Assembly: GCA_937876055.1 (NCBI GenBank)
Contig: CALEIW010000242.1
Span: 1-53,394 of the forward strand
Reading direction: 5' to 3'
Source: an uncultured euryarchaeote
GTDB lineage: Archaea > Thermoplasmatota > Poseidoniia > Poseidoniales > Thalassarchaeaceae
Length of the DNA stretch: 53,394 bases
The notes below the pieces were generated by a model. That model saw nothing but the letters and a program-made list of their open reading frames with translations, had not been told where the DNA came from and did not search any database. Below are positions 16,501-25,100 of the stretch, one piece after another. Made by a program: the position numbers and the translations under genes. The first letter of the stretch is position 1; each line of letters starts with the position of its first letter.

Positions 16501-18324
16501 GTGTCTCGCACTACCACCAGCCTGCTATTGGCGCTGTTATTCACAGCTCCAATGTTGTCGGGCTGTTTTGGTGATGCGATAAAGATAGGAGATTCCTCGG
16601 ATTCAGAACATTGGCTTCCGCCTGTCGAGGAAAGAGAAAATCTAGTTTACGATAATAGTGATGTATTCAGCCGAGTATCTTGGAATGGAACATATGGAAT
16701 CGATATGGTTCGGTCGATCTATGTCTCTGTACCAGAAATCACAACCGCAGATGGAGGAGCAGGCGTAACAGGCGGCGCGGAGGTCCATCTCGGACTTTGG
16801 CTGCCTCAGATAGAAGGTTGCGATTACGATGCAACTGAACTTCCTGAGGAATGCAAAGTCCCCGTAATCGCTGAAATCGGTCCCTATTACGACGACGGAG
16901 ATGTGGATGCATTAACTCCTGCAGATCGACTAGGCCGCTTCCTGATTGAGAACTTCGTCCCACATGGATATGGAGTTGCCCAGGTTAGCGTATTTGGTAC
17001 CGGCAACTCAAATCATTGCATGGATCTAATGGGCCTAGATGAGCAGGAAGGTATACACGCCGCCGTCGAATATCTAGGGAGTGCCCCATTTTCGAATGGT
17101 GCTGTAGGAATAATCGGTAAATCCTACGACGGCTCAACTCCATGGGAGGCTGCAGCGATGGGTTCTGAATATCTGAAAACTATCGTTCCTATGTCCGGAC
17201 TTATTGGAGTACAGGACTTAATGTGGCGTAATGGTAGCATGGAAGCCAGAGGGGCCATTATGCACAACGGAGTATACGGCAGTTTTGGACTAGATGGAGA
17301 CTCAGGAGATATTGAAAATGCATGCGAAGGTTATGTCGAAGGCTACTATGCTGGACCATTAGCCTACGTTACAGGAGATAACTTGGCTTGGTTAGGTTCG
17401 GATTATTGGGAAGAACGGCACTTCCTTGAGCGAGCGATTCAAAATTACAAGGGTTCTGTATACATCATTCATGGTTTGCAAGATTGGAACGTAGACCCTC
17501 ACATGGCCTTCCCTGTACATCGTATGATGGAAGATGCCGGCTTCGAAGTAAAGGGGCTTTACGGTCAATGGGGGCACGATTACCCCGACCGAATGAGCGG
17601 TCATCAAGGGCTTTCAAGCGGCCGCGGTGGGGAAGCCTTCCCATTCACTTTGAGATGGGACTGGGCTGATGATTTACTGGAATGGTTCGATTACTATCTC
17701 TTGGAAAAAGGGCCACAGCCGAGATTGATTGCAGAGGTTCAGGACAATATGGGTGGCTGGAGGGTAGAAGAGACATATCCACCAGCCAATCAAGACTGGA
17801 TTCGATTCGGAATGGATGAATGCAATATAATCGGTGGAGGAGAGACAATTTCGTCTAGTTCATTCCTGAGAATCGAATGTCCAGAATTCGAAGAGGACAC
17901 TCGAATAGTAGGAACTCCAACTTTCCATGTAGATGCAACCGTATCCGCTTTCTCTACTAGTGGACATCTATTCGTCGAGATGGTTCAGGCTAGCAATGAC
18001 ATGCATCTCGGCCACGCGGTTATGGATCTTCGATTCCACGCTGGTGGCAAAGAGGGAGAAGTACTTGGGCCTGGAGAAACTGTCAATGCGAAGATGGAAT
18101 TCTTTGGAATGGATGTGTTGATTCCCGCGGGCGATGGTATTCATCTCATTATCACTCAAACTGGTGAGGACTACATTCCAAGCCCGGTATCTATGCAAGC
18201 GGTAACCGTTGGCGTAGGTGCGACCAGTATTCTTTCACTTTCAACTGTTGATCGCGGTTGCGATGATTTGTTCATGCCACCTATGATGACCGACCCCTAC
18301 CCTCAATGTGTTGTGGAGGATTAA
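16501..18324 (+). CDS. X-Pro dipeptidyl-peptidase (S15) / CocE-NonD family hydrolase, probable lipoprotein
   Basis: The nucleophile motif is IIGKSYDGS. An in-frame GTG at 16501 gives the signal peptide SRTTTSLLLALLFTAPMLSGC, which has a lipobox-like LSGC. The longer ORF-track start at 16264 overlaps the M32 gene. Confidence 0.8.
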   Translation: MSRTTTSLLLALLFTAPMLSGCFGDAIKIGDSSDSEHWLPPVEERENLVYDNSDVFSRVSWNGTYGIDMVRSIYVSVPEITTADGGAGVTGGAEVHLGLWLPQIEGCDYDATELPEECKVPVIAEIGPYYDDGDVDALTPADRLGRFLIENFVPHGYGVAQVSVFGTGNSNHCMDLMGLDEQEGIHAAVEYLGSAPFSNGAVGIIGKSYDGSTPWEAAAMGSEYLKTIVPMSGLIGVQDLMWRNGSMEARGAIMHNGVYGSFGLDGDSGDIENACEGYVEGYYAGPLAYVTGDNLAWLGSDYWEERHFLERAIQNYKGSVYIIHGLQDWNVDPHMAFPVHRMMEDAGFEVKGLYGQWGHDYPDRMSGHQGLSSGRGGEAFPFTLRWDWADDLLEWFDYYLLEKGPQPRLIAEVQDNMGGWRVEETYPPANQDWIRFGMDECNIIGGGETISSSSFLRIECPEFEEDTRIVGTPTFHVDATVSAFSTSGHLFVEMVQASNDMHLGHAVMDLRFHAGGKEGEVLGPGETVNAKMEFFGMDVLIPAGDGIHLIITQTGEDYIPSPVSMQAVTVGVGATSILSLSTVDRGCDDLFMPPMMTDPYPQCVVED

Positions 18325-18328
18325 TCCA

Positions 18329-19876
18329 ATGGATTCCCCTTCCAGCAAGATCAATATCGCTGTTGCTGACCGCATTTTGTTACATCTTTGGGAACAGGAC
18401 CACCAGGCAGACCACTATTTGGTTAGCCGAGAAGTTACTAGACCTGGAATAGCTGAAATTTGTGCTCTCCATCCTCCTAATGTATCTCGAACTATGCGTG
18501 AATTGGCAACCGATGGAATGGTCAGTGAACATACTCGAGTAGTTCGAGGGGACGAGCGTAGACAGAAAACTTGGCAATTAACAGATGAAGGTCGAGAGCA
18601 GATACAACACCGATTACCTGAATTGCGGACCACCAATGTACTGCTACGAGAACGTAATGGCAACCTCCTAGAGGTGCGAGCGGATGAGGCGGGGTCACGC
18701 TTAGAGACAGGACTTACTCTGTTACAGGTATTGATGCACGCTCAGCACGAGGGGGTACTCAACTTCGGCGATATTCGATTTGGTGCAATCGTTCGAACCG
18801 ACCCGGAAGAATCGCCAGCACCTGGCTCACTAAGATTACTCTCTGGAGCTCATTCGACATATCACACACGACCGCCTGAAACTCGGACAGTTCATGGAAG
18901 GGATAGTGAGGTTGCTGTGCTAGACGAATGGTTCGCGGGTACAGCTGCTATGGCGGTCGTATCAGGAATTGCCGGATGTGGAAAAACCACCTTGACAAGC
19001 CATTGGCTCGAACAGGCTCTCGAGACCAATCCTGAACTCGATGTGATGTATTATCCGTGTCAGCCTTGGGATAGCAGTTTAGGCATCGCAACGAGTCTAC
19101 TACACAGGCTGAAAATAAGTTCCGAAGAAGTTAATCAAGACCCCTATGGGGTCTTGGATACCCTTCCAATGAAGCCAGGAGCGCACTTAGACCTCGATCA
19201 ATACCGCCGTCGCCTAATCGCTCACTTACTCGATGAAGAAGGTAAACGAGGAGAGAAAGAAAACAATCTACTAATCATACTTGATGATGTTCACAACCTA
19301 ACCTCCGATGGTAACTATTTGTTTGGGGCCCTCCTCCAAGTAGCAGAGTCAACAAATATGCGATTACTGCTTATATCGAGGACGAATTTAGCATTCTACG
19401 ATCGTCGAGATGTTCACACTCGAGAAAGGGTTGTTGAGCTCAGATTAACCGGTCTTTCACTGGAAGAAGTAGCCGAATGGATTGCTTCAATCAACCTACC
19501 ATCAGAAGCTCCGGCAGAAGAAATTCACAAGGCCACAGGAGGTCATCCTCTCGCTGTAGAACTTCTGGAACTATACGGCCAGACACTACACGACGATTGG
19601 CTTAGATTCCTAGATGAGGAAATTCTTGACGTCCTGCCTCAAGACCATCGAGAACTTCTTTCACTACTAGCAGTAGCAGACCGGCCAATTCCTTGGGAAA
19701 AATTGGCCTCAGCAGCAGGATACGATGGAAAGCCACCAGAAGCGCTGGTATCTCGAGGGTTAATGCTGGAACTTGAAAGTGGAATGTGGCTACATGAGGC
19801 CCTACGTTCTCGCTTGCTCAGAGAAGTTGGACAGCCGCTCGAAGAACGCGCAACAAAATTGAGAGAATCAGTATAA
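18329..19876 (+). CDS. wHTH (MarR-like) domain fused to a STAND/NB-ARC-like P-loop NTPase
   Basis: The N-terminal sequence ICALHPPNVSRTMRELATDGMV...RQKTWQLTDEG resembles a winged helix. Walker A is VVSGIAGCGKTTL, Walker B is LLIILDDVHNL, and the GxP motif is ATGGHPLAVELL. A MalT-like WH segment follows. The ATG is at 18329 (the track start at 18308 is GTG). Confidence 0.7.
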   Translation: MDSPSSKINIAVADRILLHLWEQDHQADHYLVSREVTRPGIAEICALHPPNVSRTMRELATDGMVSEHTRVVRGDERRQKTWQLTDEGREQIQHRLPELRTTNVLLRERNGNLLEVRADEAGSRLETGLTLLQVLMHAQHEGVLNFGDIRFGAIVRTDPEESPAPGSLRLLSGAHSTYHTRPPETRTVHGRDSEVAVLDEWFAGTAAMAVVSGIAGCGKTTLTSHWLEQALETNPELDVMYYPCQPWDSSLGIATSLLHRLKISSEEVNQDPYGVLDTLPMKPGAHLDLDQYRRRLIAHLLDEEGKRGEKENNLLIILDDVHNLTSDGNYLFGALLQVAESTNMRLLLISRTNLAFYDRRDVHTRERVVELRLTGLSLEEVAEWIASINLPSEAPAEEIHKATGGHPLAVELLELYGQTLHDDWLRFLDEEILDVLPQDHRELLSLLAVADRPIPWEKLASAAGYDGKPPEALVSRGLMLELESGMWLHEALRSRLLREVGQPLEERATKLRESV

Positions 19877-20194
19877 TTATGCCATGTGTCGGTCAAGCCA
19901 TTGATCGAACATTGGTTTTGGCATAGCTCCAGCCTGCTGGTCTACCAACTGTCCGTTGTGGAATAGAAGTAAAGCCGGGATTCCACGAATACCGAATTTT
20001 CCAGCGGATAGGGGGTTGATGTCCGTGTTGACTTTGGCAATTGTCATCTCTCTCTCACCTGATAATTGCTCGAGGACTGGCGCAATCATCTTGCAAGGCC
20101 CACACCAAGGCGCCCAGAAGTCAACTAAGACCCATTCATCGCTCGCTGTTACAGCGTCAAAATCACCATCATTTGCCTCAATCAGCCTTCCCAT
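19877..20194 (-). CDS. trxA: Thioredoxin
   Basis: The WCGPC active site is present, the length is 105 aa, and a GIRGIPALLLF motif is present. Confidence 0.9.
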   Translation of the reverse strand: MGRLIEANDGDFDAVTASDEWVLVDFWAPWCGPCKMIAPVLEQLSGEREMTIAKVNTDINPLSAGKFGIRGIPALLLFHNGQLVDQQAGAMPKPMFDQWLDRHMA

Positions 20195-20253
20195 TATGTC
20201 GCCCCATAGTTCGTGAGGATAGTGGTTTTATCAATGCTAGTATCTTAATTTGA

Positions 20254-20985
20254 GTGAGAACTGTTGAGAACCCCCTTCCACTCGGAAAGATTGAGGGGAG
20301 CATCATCGAAATCACTCCGAGCATTCTGACAGCGGATTTTTCTCGTCTTGGTGAGACATTAGAAGAAGCTGTAGACGCTGGAATAAATTGGATTCACATG
20401 GACGTAATGGACGGTAATTGGGTAGTTAACAAGACTATCACTTTCGGACCTGCACTAATTCGTTCAATTCGAGATAGACTCGGTCCGAATGTCTTTATCG
20501 ATTGCCACCTGATGATAACAAATGCAGAAGAAACATGGTCGCAGTACGTCGATGCGGGGGTAGATTTAGTCATCGCTCACATCGAAGCTATCGAGGACCC
20601 AGCCGCACTAATCTCTTCTATACAAGAGGCTGGTTGTCAGGCAGGTTTAGTCCTAAATCCAGATACTCCAACGAATTCAATCCTACCATATCTCTCAGAT
20701 TTAGACCTAATATTGGTGATGTCGGTAGTTCCTGGAAAGGGCGGCCAATCTTTCATGCCAGAGGTTGAACCCAAGGTGCGAGAATTCCGTAGCGCAATTG
20801 ACGAGCAAATCAATAATGGGGGAAGAGCGACCAAATTGATGATTGATGGCGGTATCAAGCACCACAACTCCGCGATGGTTTCAGAGTGGGGGATAGATGT
20901 GGCAGTCGTTGGAAGTGGCCTCATCAATGACAAAGCCAGTATCGCTGATAATCTCGCAGAAATCAATTCCGCCTTGGGCCTTTGA
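20254..20985 (+). CDS. rpe: Ribulose-phosphate 3-epimerase
   Basis: Motifs ITPSILTADFSRLGE, HMDVMDG, DCHLM, VMSVVPGKGGQSF and IDGGI are present. The start is GTG. Confidence 0.9.
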   Translation: MRTVENPLPLGKIEGSIIEITPSILTADFSRLGETLEEAVDAGINWIHMDVMDGNWVVNKTITFGPALIRSIRDRLGPNVFIDCHLMITNAEETWSQYVDAGVDLVIAHIEAIEDPAALISSIQEAGCQAGLVLNPDTPTNSILPYLSDLDLILVMSVVPGKGGQSFMPEVEPKVREFRSAIDEQINNGGRATKLMIDGGIKHHNSAMVSEWGIDVAVVGSGLINDKASIADNLAEINSALGL

Positions 20986-21036
20986 TTGGTTCCCGCGCGC
21001 GAGCATTTTAATCACAGCGGCCCGAGCAGGTGATTG

Positions 21037-21363
21037 ATGGTCACGGAGCAGTGGGTGGTTGAGGAAGTTCTGAAGGTAGTTCCAGATGCTACTGTAGAAG
21101 CCAAGGACTTGCATGGAAGCGGCGACCACTTCCATGTTCGGGTTATATCGAAGAGTTACGAGGGAGTTCGTCCATTACAGAGACAGCGACCTATACTAAG
21201 CCACTTCAAGCCCTTTATCGCGCAAAATACCGTACACGCCTTGGATTTGAAATGCATGACACCCGAACAGGCAGAGAAGTCGGGAGACACATCTTTCGAC
21301 CCCCATGGTGAAAAAGAAATGCAATTCTTTGGAGTGCACATCCGCCGACCAGATCAGGAGTGA
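21037..21363 (+). CDS. BolA family protein
   Basis: GSGDHFHVRVISKSYEGVRPLQRQRPI...HALDLKCMTPEQ matches the BolA fold signature. The first ATG is at 21037. Confidence 0.85.
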   Translation: MVTEQWVVEEVLKVVPDATVEAKDLHGSGDHFHVRVISKSYEGVRPLQRQRPILSHFKPFIAQNTVHALDLKCMTPEQAEKSGDTSFDPHGEKEMQFFGVHIRRPDQE

Positions 21364-21367
21364 TAGA

Positions 21368-21700
21368 ATGAGTTTCAATTGGACCCCAGACGAACTAAAT
21401 GCCCTAGTAAATGAACACCGAATAGTTCTCTTCATGAAGGGAACACCAGAACAACCACAATGCGGATTTAGCAATAGAGCTGCAACGGTTTTGAATCAGC
21501 TTGGCGAACCATTCGCAAGCGTAAATGTACTCGCCGATCCAAGGGCCATTCCGTCCGTCTGCACTTGGGCCGACTTCCCAACAATGCCTCAAGTATACAT
21601 TCACGGAGAACTCATTGGCGGCTCTGATATCGCACTCGAAATGTTCCAATCTGGAGAACTTCAACAAATGATTGCCGACGGCGACGCAAATTCCGAGTGA
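21368..21700 (+). CDS. grxD: Monothiol glutaredoxin (Grx4 family, CGFS type)
   Basis: VLFMKGTPEQPQCGFS and PQVYIHGELIGGSDI are present. The ATG is at 21368, 4 nt after the BolA stop. Confidence 0.9.
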   Translation: MSFNWTPDELNALVNEHRIVLFMKGTPEQPQCGFSNRAATVLNQLGEPFASVNVLADPRAIPSVCTWADFPTMPQVYIHGELIGGSDIALEMFQSGELQQMIADGDANSE

Positions 21701-21709
21701 GGGGATTAG

Positions 21710-22642
21710 ATGGCGACGGCGGAAGACCGTCGCACTATGATTATCGCACTCGCAGGTGCGACGGCGATTTCATTCGCCCCTCTTCTGTATATTCGCTCTG
21801 ATACGACAGCATTAACTGGTGCATTCTATCGAATGTTCTACGCTCTTGCTATTTTGGGAGTATTAGTATTGTTATCCAAAAAGGAAGACGCTAGAGATAA
21901 AAATTCTCGATGGCTTGCCTTTGGAGCGGGTATTCTACTCGCAATCGATTTCGCAGGTTATCACAGTGCAATAGACTACATAGGCAGTGGGATTGCAACA
22001 ATGATTGGTAACTCTCAGGTAATTATCGTCACATTGGCGAGTTGGTGGCTATTTGGCGAACGCCCAAATCGATTCATTCTTCTTTCATTACCGATGGTAA
22101 TGCTCGGATTATTACTTATCTCTGGAATATGGGACGACGAGCCCTTTGGTGATGATCCGGTAAAGGGCGTAATCGGAGGAATGGTAGCAGCAGTGTTTTA
22201 TTCCTCCTTCTTGATCGCTTATCGCCAATCGAATAGGATTGCAGCGCCAGCAGTAAATGCACAATTCGACGCTACCGCCGGAGCAACTCTCGGAATTCTA
22301 ATCATAGGCACTATACCTCCAACCTCCCTAGGAATCGAAGCTATCGATCATTCAATCACCTGGCCAAATCATGGCTGGTTGCTATTACTAGCAATATTAT
22401 GCCAAGTGATCGGTTGGATTGCTATTACCTACGCTCTCCCTAGACTTCCGGCCGCCCATACCTCTTTCGCAGTGCTATTGCAACCGGTGCTGACCATCAT
22501 TTGGGGTGTGATCATACTCAATGAATCACCCTCATTACAACAATCCGCAGGAATGGTACTAATTTTCTCTGCAATCGTCGCAGTTACACTGTTTGGGGCG
22601 GCTGAGGAATCAATCCCCTCTACAGCCAATTTAGAAACCTGA
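21710..22642 (+). CDS. EamA/DMT-family transporter
   Basis: The protein has about 10 TM helices and a two-fold EamA-like pattern, and is 310 aa long. Confidence 0.8.
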   Translation: MATAEDRRTMIIALAGATAISFAPLLYIRSDTTALTGAFYRMFYALAILGVLVLLSKKEDARDKNSRWLAFGAGILLAIDFAGYHSAIDYIGSGIATMIGNSQVIIVTLASWWLFGERPNRFILLSLPMVMLGLLLISGIWDDEPFGDDPVKGVIGGMVAAVFYSSFLIAYRQSNRIAAPAVNAQFDATAGATLGILIIGTIPPTSLGIEAIDHSITWPNHGWLLLLAILCQVIGWIAITYALPRLPAAHTSFAVLLQPVLTIIWGVIILNESPSLQQSAGMVLIFSAIVAVTLFGAAEESIPSTANLET

Positions 22643-22883
22643 AGCCTCGGAGAAAGCCTCCGCGTACCCCGAAAAGGTGTACAGGGCGAGAGACACTAGC
22701 GAGGGGATGGGATGCACTCAGCGAGAACCTCAACGGCCCCGTACGGCGGGAGTTCGGGGCAGACGATAGATAATCGTTGTGCGAATTAGGCCTCTAAACC
22801 CCAATAACGCTATACTGAGGCGTAGTTTAATGATTTCACCAATATATTTGATTTCTATTCTTGATTGTCAAGAATTAACAAAA

Positions 22884-23897
22884 TCATTCGACGGTAAGTA
22901 CCTCTGGCCCACCTTCTGTAATCCAAACAGTGTGCTCATATTGGCCCACTAGGCCACGGTCTTCGCAACGTAGTGCAGTGTATGTTTCGAGGAATCTAAT
23001 TGAGATTAATTTCTTCACTAGAGCATTCCATTTCTTACGAAGAATTTCTTCCTCCTCTCCTGGGAATGGCTTCTCTAGAAGAGGATAGGCCCATCGTTCT
23101 GCAAATGGAAGTGTATGGTAGCGTTCTTCGATGTACCTCGCCATTGTTGCACCGATCGGTTTGAGTTTATTTTTCGCCATCGCCTTGCGTATTGTTATAT
23201 TTCCTGTAACTCTGTAAATATTACTGGAATTACTTGGAGGTATATTCTCAACCATTCCTGATTTACCTGTTGTGTTAAACGGCTCAACTGCATATATCGA
23301 ACCCAATTCTACGCCACCCTTGAATCCTGGATTATCTGCTCCACAAGCGTGAGCAGGAATCGATGTCCCAGCATGTAGATTCCAACGGGTCAATTCATGC
23401 CCGCATAGGTTGCGAATAGGTTCGAATCCTGCGTCTTTGTGAACCTGTTCCGCAGCGGCACCAATTTCATGCCATGGAGTTCCAGGATGCATCTTCTCAA
23501 TCGACGCATCCCTTGCTTCCTTTGCGGCCTTAATCTGCTCTGTATGCTTGCCTCCATTTCCGACTTCAATAGTCATAGCATTGTCGGCAATCGCTCCGGC
23601 AACATGGACTCCAACATCGAGCTTTACAAGGTCGCCTTTCTGGAAAACCATCTCTCCTTCCCAACCATCAGGGGCGGTCAGTCGATGGTCACTTGTGTAA
23701 TGGGCGGCGATATCATTGACAGAAATAGTCACAGGGAATGCAGGAGTGCCTCCATGCCTTCGGATGAACCGCTCTGCCGAATCAATGACTTCGTCCCAAG
23801 CCTTGCCTGCGACTATCTCTCCTTTGATTCCCTCAAGGGTTCTTCGAGCTACATGACCCGCGTCTCGCCATTGTTTCAGATCCGACTCTTCCACCAT
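22884..23897 (-). CDS. map: Methionine aminopeptidase, type II (archaeal)
   Basis: WRDAGHVARRTLE, PAFPVTISVNDIAAHYT, KLDVGVHVAGAIAD and GHELTRWNLHAG are the metal-ligand blocks. Confidence 0.9.
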   Translation of the reverse strand: MVEESDLKQWRDAGHVARRTLEGIKGEIVAGKAWDEVIDSAERFIRRHGGTPAFPVTISVNDIAAHYTSDHRLTAPDGWEGEMVFQKGDLVKLDVGVHVAGAIADNAMTIEVGNGGKHTEQIKAAKEARDASIEKMHPGTPWHEIGAAAEQVHKDAGFEPIRNLCGHELTRWNLHAGTSIPAHACGADNPGFKGGVELGSIYAVEPFNTTGKSGMVENIPPSNSSNIYRVTGNITIRKAMAKNKLKPIGATMARYIEERYHTLPFAERWAYPLLEKPFPGEEEEILRKKWNALVKKLISIRFLETYTALRCEDRGLVGQYEHTVWITEGGPEVLTVE

Positions 23898-24502
23898 AAC
23901 ATAACCTCCTCAGTAGCAACTATTCCCTGTCTCAGCACCTCTATGCTCGCGTTATCGGATGCATCACAGACCGAATACCACGCTATCAAAGTACTGGGTG
24001 AGCCTCCGGGGGTATTTCCTTTCACTAAACCGACTTTATGGCCAGCATTTTGTAGGGTTTCTACGGCATCAGGGCAATTGGATTCCGGCTCGGTACCACT
24101 AATGTTTGCAGAGGTCGCTGTAAGTGGTCCTGTGGCTCTTAGTAGTGCTTTTGCGACAGGGTGAGCGACTACTCGGATAGCAATTTTATCTGCCCCGAGC
24201 CGTCTATCAAGAGTCTTCTTTGCTGGAAGTACCAAAGTTAGAGAACCCTCTGGAAATGAAGCCAATAAGTCAGGAATGTCATCGGTTAACTCGACCAAGT
24301 TTGAGGCCTGTTCTAAATCGGCCACACCAATACTTACAGGCATATGCGCAGGTCTGTTTTTGATTGCATACAAACCATCCAGAGCGGTACTTGTTGGCAG
24401 GCAACCCAGAGCCGGTTGGGTTGAGGTGGGGTAGACAATACAACCCTCGGCGGCAACAATAGATAGAGCCTCAGAATTGATAATTTCAGAGTCTTCAGCC
24501 AA
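23876..24502 (-). CDS. tsaC: L-threonylcarbamoyladenylate synthase, YrdC/TsaC type (no Sua5 C-domain)
   Basis: Motifs YPTSTQPALGC, PVSIGV and LTATSANISGTEP fit the YrdC-domain pattern. The length is 208 aa. The start is TTG as tracked. The gene overlaps the map start by 22 nt. Confidence 0.8.
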   Translation of the reverse strand: MAEDSEIINSEALSIVAAEGCIVYPTSTQPALGCLPTSTALDGLYAIKNRPAHMPVSIGVADLEQASNLVELTDDIPDLLASFPEGSLTLVLPAKKTLDRRLGADKIAIRVVAHPVAKALLRATGPLTATSANISGTEPESNCPDAVETLQNAGHKVGLVKGNTPGGSPSTLIAWYSVCDASDNASIEVLRQGIVATEEVMLWWKSRI

Positions 24503-24516
24503 ACTTTAGACCCTCC

Positions 24517-25092
24517 TCACTTGATATGCTTCCGATTTGCAGGAGGTAAGGAATCTGCATGTGCGACTATAGAGCCGACGTGCAAGTCAATATTTGATTG
24601 GTGAGTGTGCCTTTGAGAAATCCGCGCTAACTCCCGAACTCCTTGAATTATGTTTAGTATTGGAATAAGAAAAACCAACTTTCTCCAAGCGCGTTGATCC
24701 CACATCTGACTAGTCATCGCTGAACCGTCTTCGGCAAGCACAGCGATACCAAACATTCTCTGACCTAATGAGCGAGAATATCTAAGTCCAGTCAATCGCC
24801 AGTATAACCAATGTGCAGCGAAAATTAACAACGCCATCGCGAATGAATAGTGAAAGTTGGAAGAACCCCAGAGAGTTAAGTTCCATGCATCAATAATTTG
24901 CCCTCTTGTAGCTACCATCAATACGGTTGTGACAATTACAATATCGACCGATATTGCAGCGATTCTACGGACTCCAGAGGCTAGAATAGTGCCTTCTGGA
25001 ACAGGCCAATGGCCTCCTTCCTCGGCCGTTACAATTTGCTTTGCGAGCGTCCCTCCGCCTTGTAGGGAGATTGGCGAATCGTGGTCACCCAT
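24517..25092 (-). CDS. RDD-family membrane protein
   Basis: The motif RRIAAISVDIVIV is followed by three hydrophobic helices. The ATG at 25092 lies 8 nt below the helicase stop (the track start at 25125 is GTG). Confidence 0.65.
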   Translation of the reverse strand: MGDHDSPISLQGGGTLAKQIVTAEEGGHWPVPEGTILASGVRRIAAISVDIVIVTTVLMVATRGQIIDAWNLTLWGSSNFHYSFAMALLIFAAHWLYWRLTGLRYSRSLGQRMFGIAVLAEDGSAMTSQMWDQRAWRKLVFLIPILNIIQGVRELARISQRHTHQSNIDLHVGSIVAHADSLPPANRKHIK

Positions 25093-25100
25093 GCTAATCC

